The translations under genes were made by a program, and so were the position numbers. Below, one piece after another: positions 32,615-43,251 of a DNA stretch of 60,361 nucleotides. Origin of the DNA: Minisyncoccota bacterium (GTDB taxonomy: Bacteria; Patescibacteriota; Microgenomatia; UBA1400; UBA12028); the NCBI GenBank assembly GCA_003487265.1, contig DNEP01000010.1, forward strand, positions 1-60,361, read 5' to 3'. Numbering within the stretch: position 1 is the stretch's first letter; each line of letters starts with the position of its first letter. The notes under the pieces are model-generated. The model was not told the origin of the DNA. It saw nothing but the letters and a program-made list of their open reading frames with translations, and searched no databases.

Positions 32615-33304
32615 ATGGATTTGTTTCGAAAAACAGCTCTTGTTACCGGAGGAGCTACCGGTCTTGGTTTTGAAATTGCCTCATTACTTCTAGAAAAAGG
32701 CATGATTGTGTGGATCTGTGGAAGATCGCGCCCATCACTTCTTTCTGCCCAATCAAAACTGTCCTCTCCGTACGTTTTCATTCAACAATGTGATATTTCA
32801 AATCCAGCACAAGTAGCTGAGATGAAGAAGCAAATTGGTCATGTTGATGTGCTGATTAATAACGCGGGAGTCTGGTGCGATTTACCACTTGAGGATACCT
32901 CGATTGATCAGATTTCACAGACAGTACAAGTGAATCTTTTGGGAACAATCTACGTATCGCAGGCATTTTTCTCATCGATGAAAACAAAGGGCGAGGGCAT
33001 CATCGCAAATATTTCTTCTGCGCTGGGAGTTCACACGCGAAAACATGTTTCCGTGTATTCTGCAAGCAAGTTCGGCGTTCGCGGGTTCACCGAATCGTTA
33101 CGAGATGAGCTAAAAGGAACGGGTATTCGGGTGTTTGGATGGTACCCGGGTGGAATGAAAACTGGTCTTTTTGAACACGCAGGACAAGGTCGAGATATGA
33201 CAGGATACATAGATGCAAAAGACATGGCGAAACTGTTTGTTTCGATGCTTGAGGTTCCACAAGAAATGACAATCGAAACCTGTGTCGCGGGAAGAACCGA
33301 GTAG
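32615..33304 (+). CDS. Short-chain dehydrogenase/reductase
   Basis: TGGATGLG, LINNAG, YSASK catalytic motif. Confidence 0.92.
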   Translation: MDLFRKTALVTGGATGLGFEIASLLLEKGMIVWICGRSRPSLLSAQSKLSSPYVFIQQCDISNPAQVAEMKKQIGHVDVLINNAGVWCDLPLEDTSIDQISQTVQVNLLGTIYVSQAFFSSMKTKGEGIIANISSALGVHTRKHVSVYSASKFGVRGFTESLRDELKGTGIRVFGWYPGGMKTGLFEHAGQGRDMTGYIDAKDMAKLFVSMLEVPQEMTIETCVAGRTE

Positions 33305-33306
33305 TT

Positions 33307-33609
33307 CTATTTATTTTTAGGATTTACTTCAAGTTTTTGAAATTTTCCTGAACGATGCAACTTTGCCAGAATCGCATATACCGCGATATCGGTCCAAGAA
33401 TCATCAATCGGTTCATTTTCTGGAGAATCTGATTTTTGTAAAAGATTTTTTAGTCGAGAAACTTTTTCTGCGATGCGATAAGAAATACCCATCTCACCAA
33501 TTTCGAGGATGTTTCCTTTTCCATAGTCACGATGCTTTTTGAGAAATGTTTGTACGAGCTCTTCGCAGATTTCGCGAAATGCGTCATCAAGATATTGCGA
33601 ATCGGCCAT
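33307..33609 (-). CDS. DUF1599 / nucleotide-modification-associated domain protein
   Basis: KKHRDYG...RIAEKVSRLKNL...E.IDDSWTDIAVYAIL pattern. Confidence 0.7.
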   Translation of the reverse strand: MADSQYLDDAFREICEELVQTFLKKHRDYGKGNILEIGEMGISYRIAEKVSRLKNLLQKSDSPENEPIDDSWTDIAVYAILAKLHRSGKFQKLEVNPKNK

Positions 33610-34035
33610 CTATTCCTCCTTTTTTGAAGAAACTTTTGCAGTAATTTTAAATGATCGTTGTGCACCGTCGCTAAGATCAACCGTTTTTACACCCGTTTGT
33701 TGATAATAATTCAACAAATGCGTGTTCAGCGCTTCCTCGATTTCTTTCACTTCATCTTGCATCTCAACTTTTTTTGCACGGAGCTCGCGAAACTCTGCCG
33801 AAGTTGTTAGAGATGTTTTTCGTTCCTTTAGCGCTTTTGATGCATCTTTTGATTGTTGTTCCGCTTGTTGTAACATCTCATCGTTATCCATGATCGCAAC
33901 CAAACTTTGATTCAGTTCGTGAACTTGATGTTTGAGTTCATCAAGACGCGCAATGTATCGTTCAATAATTGCCTGAAGTGGATCGGATTGTTCCGATAAG
34001 GTTGAGGTTGGTTCGAGGGTTTGATCTGTTTGCAT
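33610..34035 (-). CDS. Hypothetical coiled-coil protein
   Basis: Heptad-rich ORF; TGATATAGT 7 nt before ATG 34035. Confidence 0.7.
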   Translation of the reverse strand: MQTDQTLEPTSTLSEQSDPLQAIIERYIARLDELKHQVHELNQSLVAIMDNDEMLQQAEQQSKDASKALKERKTSLTTSAEFRELRAKKVEMQDEVKEIEEALNTHLLNYYQQTGVKTVDLSDGAQRSFKITAKVSSKKEE

Positions 34036-34071
34036 AGTGACCACTATATCACGAAAAAAGAAAATACAAGA

Positions 34072-35430
34072 CTAATATTTTTTATTTTCCCAATACCCGC
34101 TATACCATTTCATTGCAGGAGTTTGAAGAATGCCTTGTGTTTTTATTTGAATATATTGATTATGCTTTGCGGAATCAAGATAATACGCGCGATTTGAATA
34201 GATAACACCAAATCGAGTGATTATGCTAAAAACGGCTGAAGAAATTAAAAGAGCTGCACAAATTTTGCGCTGAATGGCCGATCGTTGCATAAATGAAATG
34301 GAAAGAATGAGAAAACAAATAATCGCACTCAATTGATACCGAATTGAAATCGGCGGAAGAAACCACCAAAATATAATGCCCGTGATGCCTACAAGAAATA
34401 GCACACGATCGTTCCATGACGTGATTTTTTTCACACCCAGAAGCAAAAGTGGCACACTACACACAAAGATAGCAGAAGTGTATCCTTCCGTACTGTAAAA
34501 CAAACGAAACGGAAGAGAGGGAATTTTTTGAATTTGCGACCAAAACCAACTCGAAAATGTTGAGGCTCCCTCAAGAAGAAGTTGTTCTTTCCCATCAAGC
34601 ACAGAAAATAACGGGAAGATGGGATTACTTGTCCAAAGATAATTTTGAAATAAAAAGGGAATAAGAAACCAGAACGTTTGAATCGCAATAGATACAGCCA
34701 CACGCAGATTTTTCTGAAAAATCACGATGATACAAATCAGAACAAATGGAATGGAAAGGTATTTTGTGAAAATCGCCACCGCAAGTAAAAGAGGAAGCAT
34801 TCGTGAATGAAATCGCTGTTTGAGAATGAGATACAACGCGGAAAGCTCAAATACCGATCGGAGAAGATCAACATACACTGCCGTACTTTGCCAAGAAAAC
34901 ACATGAAAAAGTGAAAATGCAATCAAAATAAACAAAGACCAAGTTCGAGAAACAAATATCCGACTCAATCGATACACCATTTGTACTAGAAGAATGGAAA
35001 CCAAAAACGCAAAAGCACGTGCGCCGTTCACTCCAAAAAAATGATAAGGGATAGCAAAGATTGCCTCTCCCAATCGAGGTCCAGCTGATTGATACAGCTC
35101 GGGAATATACAAAAATCCTCGTTGCGCAATCATATGTGTGATTGGGAGGTGATACCACAACGCATCAAACGAGACTTCCGGTAAAAACAAACCTACTCCA
35201 TGAATCGCGAGAATACTCAAAAGAAGAAAGCTCAATATAAGATCGAGTTTCGTCATTTTTCTTCGTATGATAAATGCACAGGATGTAAAAAAATCATATG
35301 CAATCAAAGCAACGCCACACACAAAAAGCGATGTCCACACAAATAGTAGAGAATGAAACCATCCGATACAGCATCCACTAAGGATGAGGAAAACAATTCC
35401 TAGCAATAATCGATCAATAGTCCAACGCAT
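34072..35430 (-). CDS. Polytopic membrane protein, probable GT-C fold glycosyltransferase
   Basis: Many TM helices; FDALWYHLP first-loop motif, YVD, NYLWTSNPIFP; start placed at ATG 35430. Confidence 0.7.
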   Translation of the reverse strand: MRWTIDRLLLGIVFLILSGCCIGWFHSLLFVWTSLFVCGVALIAYDFFTSCAFIIRRKMTKLDLILSFLLLSILAIHGVGLFLPEVSFDALWYHLPITHMIAQRGFLYIPELYQSAGPRLGEAIFAIPYHFFGVNGARAFAFLVSILLVQMVYRLSRIFVSRTWSLFILIAFSLFHVFSWQSTAVYVDLLRSVFELSALYLILKQRFHSRMLPLLLAVAIFTKYLSIPFVLICIIVIFQKNLRVAVSIAIQTFWFLIPFLFQNYLWTSNPIFPLFSVLDGKEQLLLEGASTFSSWFWSQIQKIPSLPFRLFYSTEGYTSAIFVCSVPLLLLGVKKITSWNDRVLFLVGITGIIFWWFLPPISIRYQLSAIICFLILSISFMQRSAIQRKICAALLISSAVFSIITRFGVIYSNRAYYLDSAKHNQYIQIKTQGILQTPAMKWYSGYWENKKY

Positions 35431-36103
35431 ATCCCACCGAATGAACTGTTCGAATACGCAAACCGAGTTCGCGAATTTTCTTTCGCACACGCGCAATGAG
35501 AACATCGAGACTTCCTTCTTCGGGCATTCCATCAGGTGGCCAAATGGACTGCATCATCGCATGTCGTGTGACAACTCGACTAAAATTGTTGTACAAAACT
35601 TGAAATGCTTTTTTTTCAGTAGCACTGAGCACTGTACTGTTCTGGTGATACACAACCAAGCCTTCATCATGAAGAAACTGAACTCCATTTTTCTCTTGTG
35701 GATTTGAATCGTACAACACCGATCGTTTTAATAATGCAAAAATCCGTAACTCAAGTTCATCAATGGTATACGGTTTGGGAAGATAGTCATCCGCACCTTC
35801 TTTCAGACCGTGAACTCTTTCTTGCTCCTTTCCTCTTGCACTGAACACCAGTACACGCACCGACATCCCTGAATTTCGTACATACGAAAGAACATCCAAT
35901 CCATCACCATCTGGAAGAATACGATCCAACACGAGTAAATCAAAAATGCGTTTTTTCAGCTCGATCATTGCGTCGTGAATTGTTGACACAGTTCGAATGA
36001 TACATTTTTTTTCATCCAACCGTTGTTTGAGTAGAAAAAGCTCATTTGCGTTATCTTCAACAATAAGGATAGAATGTCGATACATAGCTGTACTATCGCG
36101 CAT
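35414..36103 (-). CDS. OmpR-family response regulator
   Basis: ILIVEDN, VLDRILPDGDG (phospho-Asp), GADDYLPKP, winged helix IRTVHSVGY. Confidence 0.92.
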   Translation of the reverse strand: MRDSTAMYRHSILIVEDNANELFLLKQRLDEKKCIIRTVSTIHDAMIELKKRIFDLLVLDRILPDGDGLDVLSYVRNSGMSVRVLVFSARGKEQERVHGLKEGADDYLPKPYTIDELELRIFALLKRSVLYDSNPQEKNGVQFLHDEGLVVYHQNSTVLSATEKKAFQVLYNNFSRVVTRHAMMQSIWPPDGMPEEGSLDVLIARVRKKIRELGLRIRTVHSVGYALDY

Positions 36104-36200
36104 TGATTCAATTCGCGCAATATTGTGTAGCGTGAAACGTAAGGTTTTTGTAGACTATGTATGCAATACTGCACACATGCTATAGAAAGAAAGGATTATT

Positions 36201-37142
36201 ATGGGTCAAGGCGTTTTAGTCACGGGGGCATTTGGACAAATCGGTTCTGAACTTGTTTCAGCGTTACAACAAAAACATGGAAAAGAACACGTTGTTGCGC
36301 TGGGACATCACAATGTCGATTCTTCATATGACGGAATTGTAGAAATTGGCGAAATATCAGACAAAGAAAAACTTGAATCAATTATTCAAAAATATGACGT
36401 CGGAACAATCTATCATCTCGTTTCAATTCTATCTGCTCGTGGGGAGCAGGATCCTCAACTCACCTGGAACGTGAACATGGATGGATTAAAATTCGTTCTC
36501 GATTTAGCAGTGAAATATAAAATCAAGGTGTTTTGGCCAAGCTCAATTGCTGCATTTGGACCAACCACTCCTCGTGATAACACCCCGCAACATACCATCC
36601 TTGAACCAACCACAATGTACGGAGTAACAAAAGCGAGTGGTGAACTTTTATGTCAGTATTACCGACTTAAATATGGACTAGATGTTCGAAGCGTGCGATA
36701 CCCTGGGCTCATTAGTTGGAAAGCTGAACCAGGAGGTGGAACAACTGATTACGCCGTTGCTATTTTTTACGGTGCAATTCAAGAAGGAAAATACACTTGC
36801 TTTGTCAAAGAAGACACCGTTCTTCCTATGATGTACATGGACGATGCGATTCGTGGAACAATTCAATTGATGGACGCACCTGCAGAATCTTTACAGGTAA
36901 CCACGAGCTACAACTTGGCAGCAATCAGTTTTTCTGCACAAGAACTCGCGCAAGAAATTCAAAAAAGAATGGCTCTCGAGGTTTCCTACGTCCCAGATCA
37001 TCGTCAAAAAATCGCCGATTCATGGCCACAGCGAATCGATGATTCCGTCGCACGATCGGAGTGGGGATGGTCTCATGAATTCGATCTTTCCAAAATGGTT
37101 GATGTTATGCTCGAAAAACTACACGCTAAACTACAAAAATAA
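36201..37142 (+). CDS. tdh: SDR/GalE-type L-threonine 3-dehydrogenase
   Basis: TGAFGQIG, PSSIAAFGP, YGVTK, PGGGTTDYA, LPMMYMDD, IADSWP motifs; adjacent to kbl-like gene. Confidence 0.85.
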   Translation: MGQGVLVTGAFGQIGSELVSALQQKHGKEHVVALGHHNVDSSYDGIVEIGEISDKEKLESIIQKYDVGTIYHLVSILSARGEQDPQLTWNVNMDGLKFVLDLAVKYKIKVFWPSSIAAFGPTTPRDNTPQHTILEPTTMYGVTKASGELLCQYYRLKYGLDVRSVRYPGLISWKAEPGGGTTDYAVAIFYGAIQEGKYTCFVKEDTVLPMMYMDDAIRGTIQLMDAPAESLQVTTSYNLAAISFSAQELAQEIQKRMALEVSYVPDHRQKIADSWPQRIDDSVARSEWGWSHEFDLSKMVDVMLEKLHAKLQK

Positions 37143-37161
37143 CACGAATTGAAAGGATTGT

Positions 37162-38409
37162 ATGCCAAAAACACAGTTTTATTCCTCGTTACAAAAAGAA
37201 ATTGAGCGAATCGATAGTTCAAAATCGTCAAAACGATTTGAGCGCGTCATTGAATCGTTCACATCAGAAAATCCTCCACGCGCAATGATTCAAGGAAAAC
37301 CATATCTCATTTTCAACTCAAACGATTATTTAGGGCTTCGTCTGCACCCCGCTCTTCGAGCAGGGGAGGAACGCGCGAGTCAAGCGTTTGGATCGGGTCC
37401 GGGCGCAGTTCGTTTTATTAGTGGTACATTGTCTGTGCATCGTGAACTTGAAAAAAAGATCGCAACATTTCATGGACGTGATGATGCAATGGTGCTTTCC
37501 TCTGCATTCGCGGCAAATATGGCGACCATTTTTTGTTTGGCAAAAGGTCAAAACAAAGATGCGTTGATTTCTTCAAATTCGCTCGTGATTTCCGATGAGC
37601 TAAACCACCGCAGTATTATTGATGGCGTACGCGTTTCTGGCTTGGAATCACATCAAAAAGCCATTTTTCGCCATTTTGACGCCGAACATCTCTCTCAGGT
37701 CTTACAAGAAAATGCGGGAAAGTTTGATCGCGTGATTGTTGTTACCGATGGGGTGTTTAGCATGCTTGGTGAATATCAGGATTTATCAAAAATTCAACAC
37801 GTCATCGCACAACATGACACATCGTTTGCCGAGGGCATTCTGTTAGTTGTCGATGACGCGCATGGGGCGGGGGCATTTGGACCAACCGGCCGAGGGACAG
37901 AAGAGGTTTCGGGTGCAAAAGCAGACGTGTTAGTTGGAACACTTGGGAAAGCATTTGGGGCGGACGGTGGGTACATCACGGGTGATCAGATTATGATTGA
38001 CTATTTGCGTGAGTCCGCAGCAACGTATATTTATTCGAACTCCGTTTCCCCTGGAACCGCGGGCGCCGCGCTCGAAGCGTTTAAACTTTTTGAGGGGGAA
38101 GAGGGTGGTCGATTACTTCAGACTTCACAAGATAACATTGCACTTTTTAAACGCCTTGCGTCTGAAAAAGGATTTGAGTTGGCATCAGAATCGGTTCATC
38201 CTATTCAACCGCTATTAATCGGTGATCCTGCCAAAGCTAAAGCAGTCACCCTTGGTCTTTTTGAACGAGGAATCATTGTCACAAACATCAACTATCCAGT
38301 TGTTCCTAAGGGAAGAGATGAAATTCGCGTTCAAATCAGCGCATCTCACACTCCTGAATCAATTCAGTTTTTCGTTGAAAAAGTTGATGAGGTGCTCAAA
38401 ACAGTGTAG
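37162..38409 (+). CDS. kbl: 2-amino-3-ketobutyrate CoA ligase (glycine C-acetyltransferase), PLP-dependent
   Basis: SNDYLGL, VRFISGT, SDELNH, TDGVFSM, DDAHG, GTLGKAFG, YPVVPKG..IRVQISA. Confidence 0.85.
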   Translation: MPKTQFYSSLQKEIERIDSSKSSKRFERVIESFTSENPPRAMIQGKPYLIFNSNDYLGLRLHPALRAGEERASQAFGSGPGAVRFISGTLSVHRELEKKIATFHGRDDAMVLSSAFAANMATIFCLAKGQNKDALISSNSLVISDELNHRSIIDGVRVSGLESHQKAIFRHFDAEHLSQVLQENAGKFDRVIVVTDGVFSMLGEYQDLSKIQHVIAQHDTSFAEGILLVVDDAHGAGAFGPTGRGTEEVSGAKADVLVGTLGKAFGADGGYITGDQIMIDYLRESAATYIYSNSVSPGTAGAALEAFKLFEGEEGGRLLQTSQDNIALFKRLASEKGFELASESVHPIQPLLIGDPAKAKAVTLGLFERGIIVTNINYPVVPKGRDEIRVQISASHTPESIQFFVEKVDEVLKTV

Positions 38410-38478
38410 TTTTGGGAGTGTTACGGGAAACCTTGTTGGGTTGGTTGTGCAAATTCTGAGGAAAGTGAGTGCGTTTGC

Positions 38479-38509
38479 GATGGATGGCGTTTCGCCCCCT
38501 ATCTTTTTT
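38479..38509 (+). terminator. Possible intrinsic terminator after kbl
   Basis: Imperfect hairpin GATGG..GGCG-TTT-CGCC..CTATC followed by T6. Confidence 0.35.
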
Positions 38510-38615
38510 GTGTTTTGTGGATTACAATGCGCAAAGTATCGTTTCTCGTCCTCGTTTCGCTTTGAAAGTTTTTTCTAAGTCAGATGCGTTGGTGAGATAG
38601 CAGAAAGGTGGTCCC

Positions 38616-38960
38616 ATGGACCAAAATAATAAGTTGTATATTGGAAACCTCGAGTTTTCAGTCACAACAGATGAGCTCAAGGAACTGTTTGCCCAATTCG
38701 GCACAGTCACCGACGCAATTGTAATGGTTGATAAATTCTCTGGCCGCTCACGCGGTTTCGGATTTGTCACTTTCGCGACAGATAAAGAAGCATCTGAAGC
38801 ACAATTGAAAATGGCTGAGCAAGACTTCAAAGGCCGAAAACTGATTGTTTCAGTTGCACGCCCAATGTCTCGCGACAACAACGCTGGTGGTGGTGGTTTT
38901 AGACCCCGCAACAATTTCTCCCGCGATGATCGTGGTGGAAACCGTGGCGGCCGCTACTAA
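38616..38960 (+). CDS. RRM (RNP-1) RNA-binding protein with Gly/Arg-rich tail
   Basis: KLYIGNL (RNP2), RGFGFVTF (RNP1), RGG tail. Confidence 0.93.
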   Translation: MDQNNKLYIGNLEFSVTTDELKELFAQFGTVTDAIVMVDKFSGRSRGFGFVTFATDKEASEAQLKMAEQDFKGRKLIVSVARPMSRDNNAGGGGFRPRNNFSRDDRGGNRGGRY

Positions 38961-38982
38961 ATAGCGTCGTTCTTTTGAACTT

Positions 38983-39009
38983 AAAGGCCCGCCGCAAGGC
39001 GGGCTTTTT
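38983..39009 (+). terminator. Rho-independent terminator
   Basis: AAAGGCCCGCC-GCAA-GGCGGGCTTTTT: GC stem, GNRA loop, U tract. Confidence 0.9.
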
Positions 39010-39060
39010 GCATCTCAAACTAGTTTTCGTCTGATTTTGAATGATACAATAGTGCTACTT

Positions 39061-39134
39061 GCGTCCATAGCTCAGGTGGATAGAGCAACTGCCTTCTAAG
39101 CAGTCGGTCGCTGGTTCGAGTCCAGCTGGACGCA
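39061..39134 (+). tRNA. tRNA-Arg(TCT)
   Basis: GCGTCCATAGCTCAGGTGGATAGAGCAACTGCCTTCTAAGCAGTCGGTCGCTGGTTCGAGTCCAGCTGGACGCA; CCA not encoded. Confidence 0.95.
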
Positions 39135-39137
39135 CTT

Positions 39138-39770
39138 ATGTATAAACGTATTTTCTGTTTCGGCGATTCAAACACCTGGGGATATATTCCAAAAACGGGA
39201 ATGCGCTACCCGTACGAAAAACGATGGACGGGGATTCTTCAAAAAATGCTTGGAGACAAAACAATCGTACTTGAAGAAGGACTAAACTCTCGAACAACAA
39301 ATATTGATGATCCAATGCATGAAGGAAAAAACGGAAAAACTGTTTTAATTCCACTACTATTGCACCACAATCCTATCGATATCGTGATTCTCTTTTTAGG
39401 AACAAACGACATGAAGCAGCGATTTCATCGAACGCCAGCAAGCGTTGCTCAGGGAATTGAATCATTATTGTTAGATATCCAACTTCACGCGCGCACATTT
39501 TCAGGCGAACAATCTCAAGTTTTGCTCATTTGTCCTCCCATCATCGATGAGTCAGTCTCAGGAGTAGCAGAAAAGTATCTGGGGGCAGAGGAAAAATCAA
39601 CTCAGCTTCCACAAATGTATGAAAAACTCTCACAAAAATACAAAACGCTGTATCTCAATCTGCAAGAATTTGTTAAGCCAAGCAAAAAGGACGGCTACCA
39701 CCTCGAGGAAGATGCACATATGAATGTTGCAAAACGTATTCTAAGAATTATCCGCTGTCTCCCCAAATAG
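39138..39770 (+). CDS. SGNH/GDSL hydrolase
   Basis: FGDSNTWG, EEGLNSRT, LGTND, DGYH blocks. Confidence 0.93.
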   Translation: MYKRIFCFGDSNTWGYIPKTGMRYPYEKRWTGILQKMLGDKTIVLEEGLNSRTTNIDDPMHEGKNGKTVLIPLLLHHNPIDIVILFLGTNDMKQRFHRTPASVAQGIESLLLDIQLHARTFSGEQSQVLLICPPIIDESVSGVAEKYLGAEEKSTQLPQMYEKLSQKYKTLYLNLQEFVKPSKKDGYHLEEDAHMNVAKRILRIIRCLPK

Positions 39771-41107
39771 ACTTAGTTGAAATATACTTCTTTAAGCTGA
39801 CTTTTTGCACAGGTTCTTGTCTGCTAACAACAGACATTTGAAACTCAACTGAGCCAGAATCTGCAAATTTCGGAACCCATATATGATTCTTTCCATTCTC
39901 ATCTGGCGCAATAAATAACACGTCAACACATTCTTTGAACTGCTTCCGTGCTCGTTCGATAAGGTCTGGATGCACACGCGAGATATCATTTACAAAAAGC
40001 AACGCGAGAGAATATACAATTCCAGATATTTCGATAGGAATAACCACCCACGACGCCGATTCAAGATTTGGTGGTTGAGGAACCAGCGCTTCAAACTCTC
40101 TTGCTTCTTTTGACATTTCACCTACTGCTCGATCCCAGAGAATTGATAGAGAGCTTTTATGAAAATCCCCACCTCTTTGCCCATTAAAGCCGTAGCCTAT
40201 TCCTTGAAAGTAAGCATCATTTGTAGGCAAATATACATTTCGAGTTAATTTACCACTTTTGAAACCATCAAATATCCAATCATCTGTCATTTGAACTCCC
40301 CAAGGTGCCAATGTCGAAGTTAAGGTATCAATAAAAGTCACATAAAGTAAAGACTCGAGTCTCTCCTGTTGATCAACCGAAAGACGATCGCGCATTCTTG
40401 TCAATAAATCGCTAAAAATGGTAAAAATCTCTTCCAATGTTGGAAAAATCGAATCAGATTGAAACTGAACGTGTAAAAGATCGCAAATCATTTCTAAGCG
40501 GTTGGGCATCAAATTCCATAATTCGTCCAATTTGAAACTTCTTCCATTTTCCACGGTCTGAATCGCTGAAACAAGTAATTCTTTATTTTTTTTGAGCAAG
40601 CGAAAAGACGATTTGCTGATTATCGGGTTGAAGTTGTGAAAACGTTTTTGTTGCCCAAGCATGTGCGGGGTCATTTTGCTCAGAAATAATCCCAAATGTG
40701 GTCGCAATTTGCATAATTCTGTCTAGCATTGCCGTTGATGTTCTTTGTGTATGTTTTCTCCAGAAATCAAATCCTGTATCAAATACATTATAGGCATCTA
40801 ACCTTGTTTTCCCCATCATTTCGTCATGTGCACTATGTTCTCGAACTTCATTCTGTTTTTTGACAATAGCTAATGATCTCTCATACGTAGCCATCAAATG
40901 GGGAAGAAAGGTTGGTTTTAAAGGCTCATTTGAGATCAATAACTCGATTGGCGCCCCAAACCCAGATATTCGTCTTTGAACTCCCGCTAAATCCGATGGG
41001 AGCCTTTCCCCGTCAAGTAACACGTACCTCGGATCAGCAATCTGCCAACAACCGCCGTACGAAAAAACCTCCCTCATTGGAATTGGTTCGACTTCATTTT
41101 CAGCCAT
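39748..41107 (-). pseudogene. Orphan gene split by a frameshift in an A8 run (ORFs 40583..41107 and 39748..40707)
   Basis: Minus strand CAA AAA AAA TAA stop; removing one A at 40586-40593 gives CAA AAA AAT AAA GAA and one 452 aa ORF; TGATATAGT 7 nt before ATG 41107. Confidence 0.65.
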
Positions 41108-41259
41108 ATGGAATACTATATCAGAATCAACCATTTCTAGGAGTAATGAGTTGCTCACTATTCTCACGTCAAAAATTAGCGTATAATACTGAAACAAACC
41201 GGCGTTGTGCTGGTTTCTTTTTTCTGGGGACATAAAGCAAGTCGGAGACACTCACCAGT

Positions 41260-43092
41260 ATGGACATTCGAAATATCGCCATCATCGCGCACGTTGACCA
41301 TGGGAAAACCACACTTGTGGATGCCATGCTTAAACAGACGCACACCTTTCGCGAAAATCAGGCCGAGTTTCAACAGACAACCATTTTGGATAGCAATGAT
41401 CTCGAGCGCGAAAAGGGAATCACCATTCTCGCCAAAAATACCGCCGTTGACTACAAAGATACAAAAATCAACATTATCGATACCCCAGGCCACGCGGACT
41501 TCGGTGGAGAAGTGGAGCGCGTGCTCAACATGGCTGATGGCGCCTTACTTATTGTTGATGCAGCGGAAGGCCCCCTCCCACAAACCCGTTTTGTACTTCA
41601 AAAAGCGCTTGAGTATGGTCTCAAAATCATCTTAGTCATCAATAAAATTGAAAAAAAGCTCGCTGACATTCCAACAACACTCTCTGCAGTCGAAAATCTT
41701 TTTTTGAGCATGGCAAAAACAGCCGATCAGCTTTCCTTCGAAACTATTTACTCGATCGGACGTGAGGGAAAAGCTTGGGATCATATGCCAACTCCAGAAG
41801 AAATGGCAGAACCCACCACGCTTGAACCTCTCTTTGAAAAAATCCTTTCGTATATCCCGACCGCTCGCAACGACGACGGAGCTCCTTTTCAGCTTCTCAT
41901 CTCAACACTTGAACGCAACGCGTATCTTGGAAAACTCTGTATTGGTCGTATTTCTCGCGGAATGGTTCATTCTGGCGATGTTGTCGCGTTACTTAACGCA
42001 AATGGTGACAAAATCGGCTCAAATCGCATTGAAAAATTGTTTATTAGCAAGGGATTGGAAAAAATTCCCGTGGACAGCGCCGTGAGTGGAGACATCGTGG
42101 CAATTGCGGGAATGAAAGAACTTTCGATCGGTCAAACGCTCACCGACCCTCAAACCCCCGAGGCACTTCCCAGCGCCTCCATCACTGAACCAACGCTTAA
42201 GATCACCATTGGGCCGAATACGAGTCCTTTTGCAGGCCGAGAAGGGCAATATGTCACCTCTCGTCAAATCCGCGACCGTCTTCTTCAAGAAAAAGAAACC
42301 AATCTCGGACTTCATTTTGAAGAGCAGCTCGACAGCGTCGGTTTTGTTGTTTCAGGTCGTGGCGAACTTCATTTAGCCGTGTTGATTGAGACCATGCGTC
42401 GAGAAAGTTACGAGCTCGAGGTTTCAAAGCCTCAAGTCATCCTTCGAGAGATCGATGGCGTTACTTGTGAGCCATTTGATGAGGTGACCATCCACGTTCC
42501 CGATGAATTTGCGGGAACAGTCGCGAGTGAGTTTGGAAAGCGCAAAGCATTAATCAACGAGATGACTCCAAACGGTAAAGGTGAAACAAAAATCGTTCTG
42601 GAAATCAGTGAGCGCAATCTGTTGGGTGCGCGAAGCAGTCTGCTCACCGATACTCGTGGAACAGTTCAGATGAGTTCGTTATACCTTGAATACCGACCTC
42701 TGGGATCCTCATTTGATCGCATGCGAAACGGCGTACTCATCGCAAGTGAAACAGGAGAAAGCGGTTCGTTTGGGCTTGAAAATGCCCAAGAGCGAGGAAC
42801 GCTTTTTATTGGTGTAAGCGAAAAAACATATCAAGGTATGATTGTTGGATTAAACTCGCGAGAACAAGATATGTGGGTCAATGTGAACAAGATTAAAGCA
42901 AGCACGAACGTGCGCTCCGCTACAAAAGATATGATGGTGAAGCTCACTCCTCCCACACGATTTTCTCTTGAACAAAGTCTGGATTTCTTAGCTGATGATG
43001 AACTGCTCGAAGTTGTGCCGTCCGCCTTGCGTTTGCGAAAGCGCTGGTTGAATCCAGAAGCCGAGGCGCGTGCAAAAAAAGGGTTGAAATAG
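41260..43092 (+). CDS. typA: Translational GTPase TypA/BipA
   Basis: [49 protein letters not shown]. Confidence 0.97.
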   Translation: MDIRNIAIIAHVDHGKTTLVDAMLKQTHTFRENQAEFQQTTILDSNDLEREKGITILAKNTAVDYKDTKINIIDTPGHADFGGEVERVLNMADGALLIVDAAEGPLPQTRFVLQKALEYGLKIILVINKIEKKLADIPTTLSAVENLFLSMAKTADQLSFETIYSIGREGKAWDHMPTPEEMAEPTTLEPLFEKILSYIPTARNDDGAPFQLLISTLERNAYLGKLCIGRISRGMVHSGDVVALLNANGDKIGSNRIEKLFISKGLEKIPVDSAVSGDIVAIAGMKELSIGQTLTDPQTPEALPSASITEPTLKITIGPNTSPFAGREGQYVTSRQIRDRLLQEKETNLGLHFEEQLDSVGFVVSGRGELHLAVLIETMRRESYELEVSKPQVILREIDGVTCEPFDEVTIHVPDEFAGTVASEFGKRKALINEMTPNGKGETKIVLEISERNLLGARSSLLTDTRGTVQMSSLYLEYRPLGSSFDRMRNGVLIASETGESGSFGLENAQERGTLFIGVSEKTYQGMIVGLNSREQDMWVNVNKIKASTNVRSATKDMMVKLTPPTRFSLEQSLDFLADDELLEVVPSALRLRKRWLNPEAEARAKKGLK

Positions 43093-43173
43093 CCTCAATC
43101 GTTTAAAAAATACTTGTGTGATCGCATTTTTCATCTCAAGATAGCCTGATTTCTGTGGTACAATTTCGATGTT

Positions 43174-43251
43174 GGTGGTAGTAGCTCAGCTGGTTAGAGC
43201 GCCGCCCTGTGGAGGCGGAGGTCGCGGGTTCGAAACCCGTCTACCACCCCA
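43174..43251 (+). tRNA. tRNA-His(GTG)
   Basis: G-1 plus GTGGTAGTAGCTCAGCTGGTTAGAGCGCCGCCCTGTGGAGGCGGAGGTCGCGGGTTCGAAACCCGTCTACCACCCCA; C73 and encoded CCA. Confidence 0.96.

Noticed and set aside
38520..38615. Long 5' UTR of the RRM gene as a thermosensor
   Set aside because: A TACAAT at 38523 implies a leader of about 80 nt, but no supportable structure was seen
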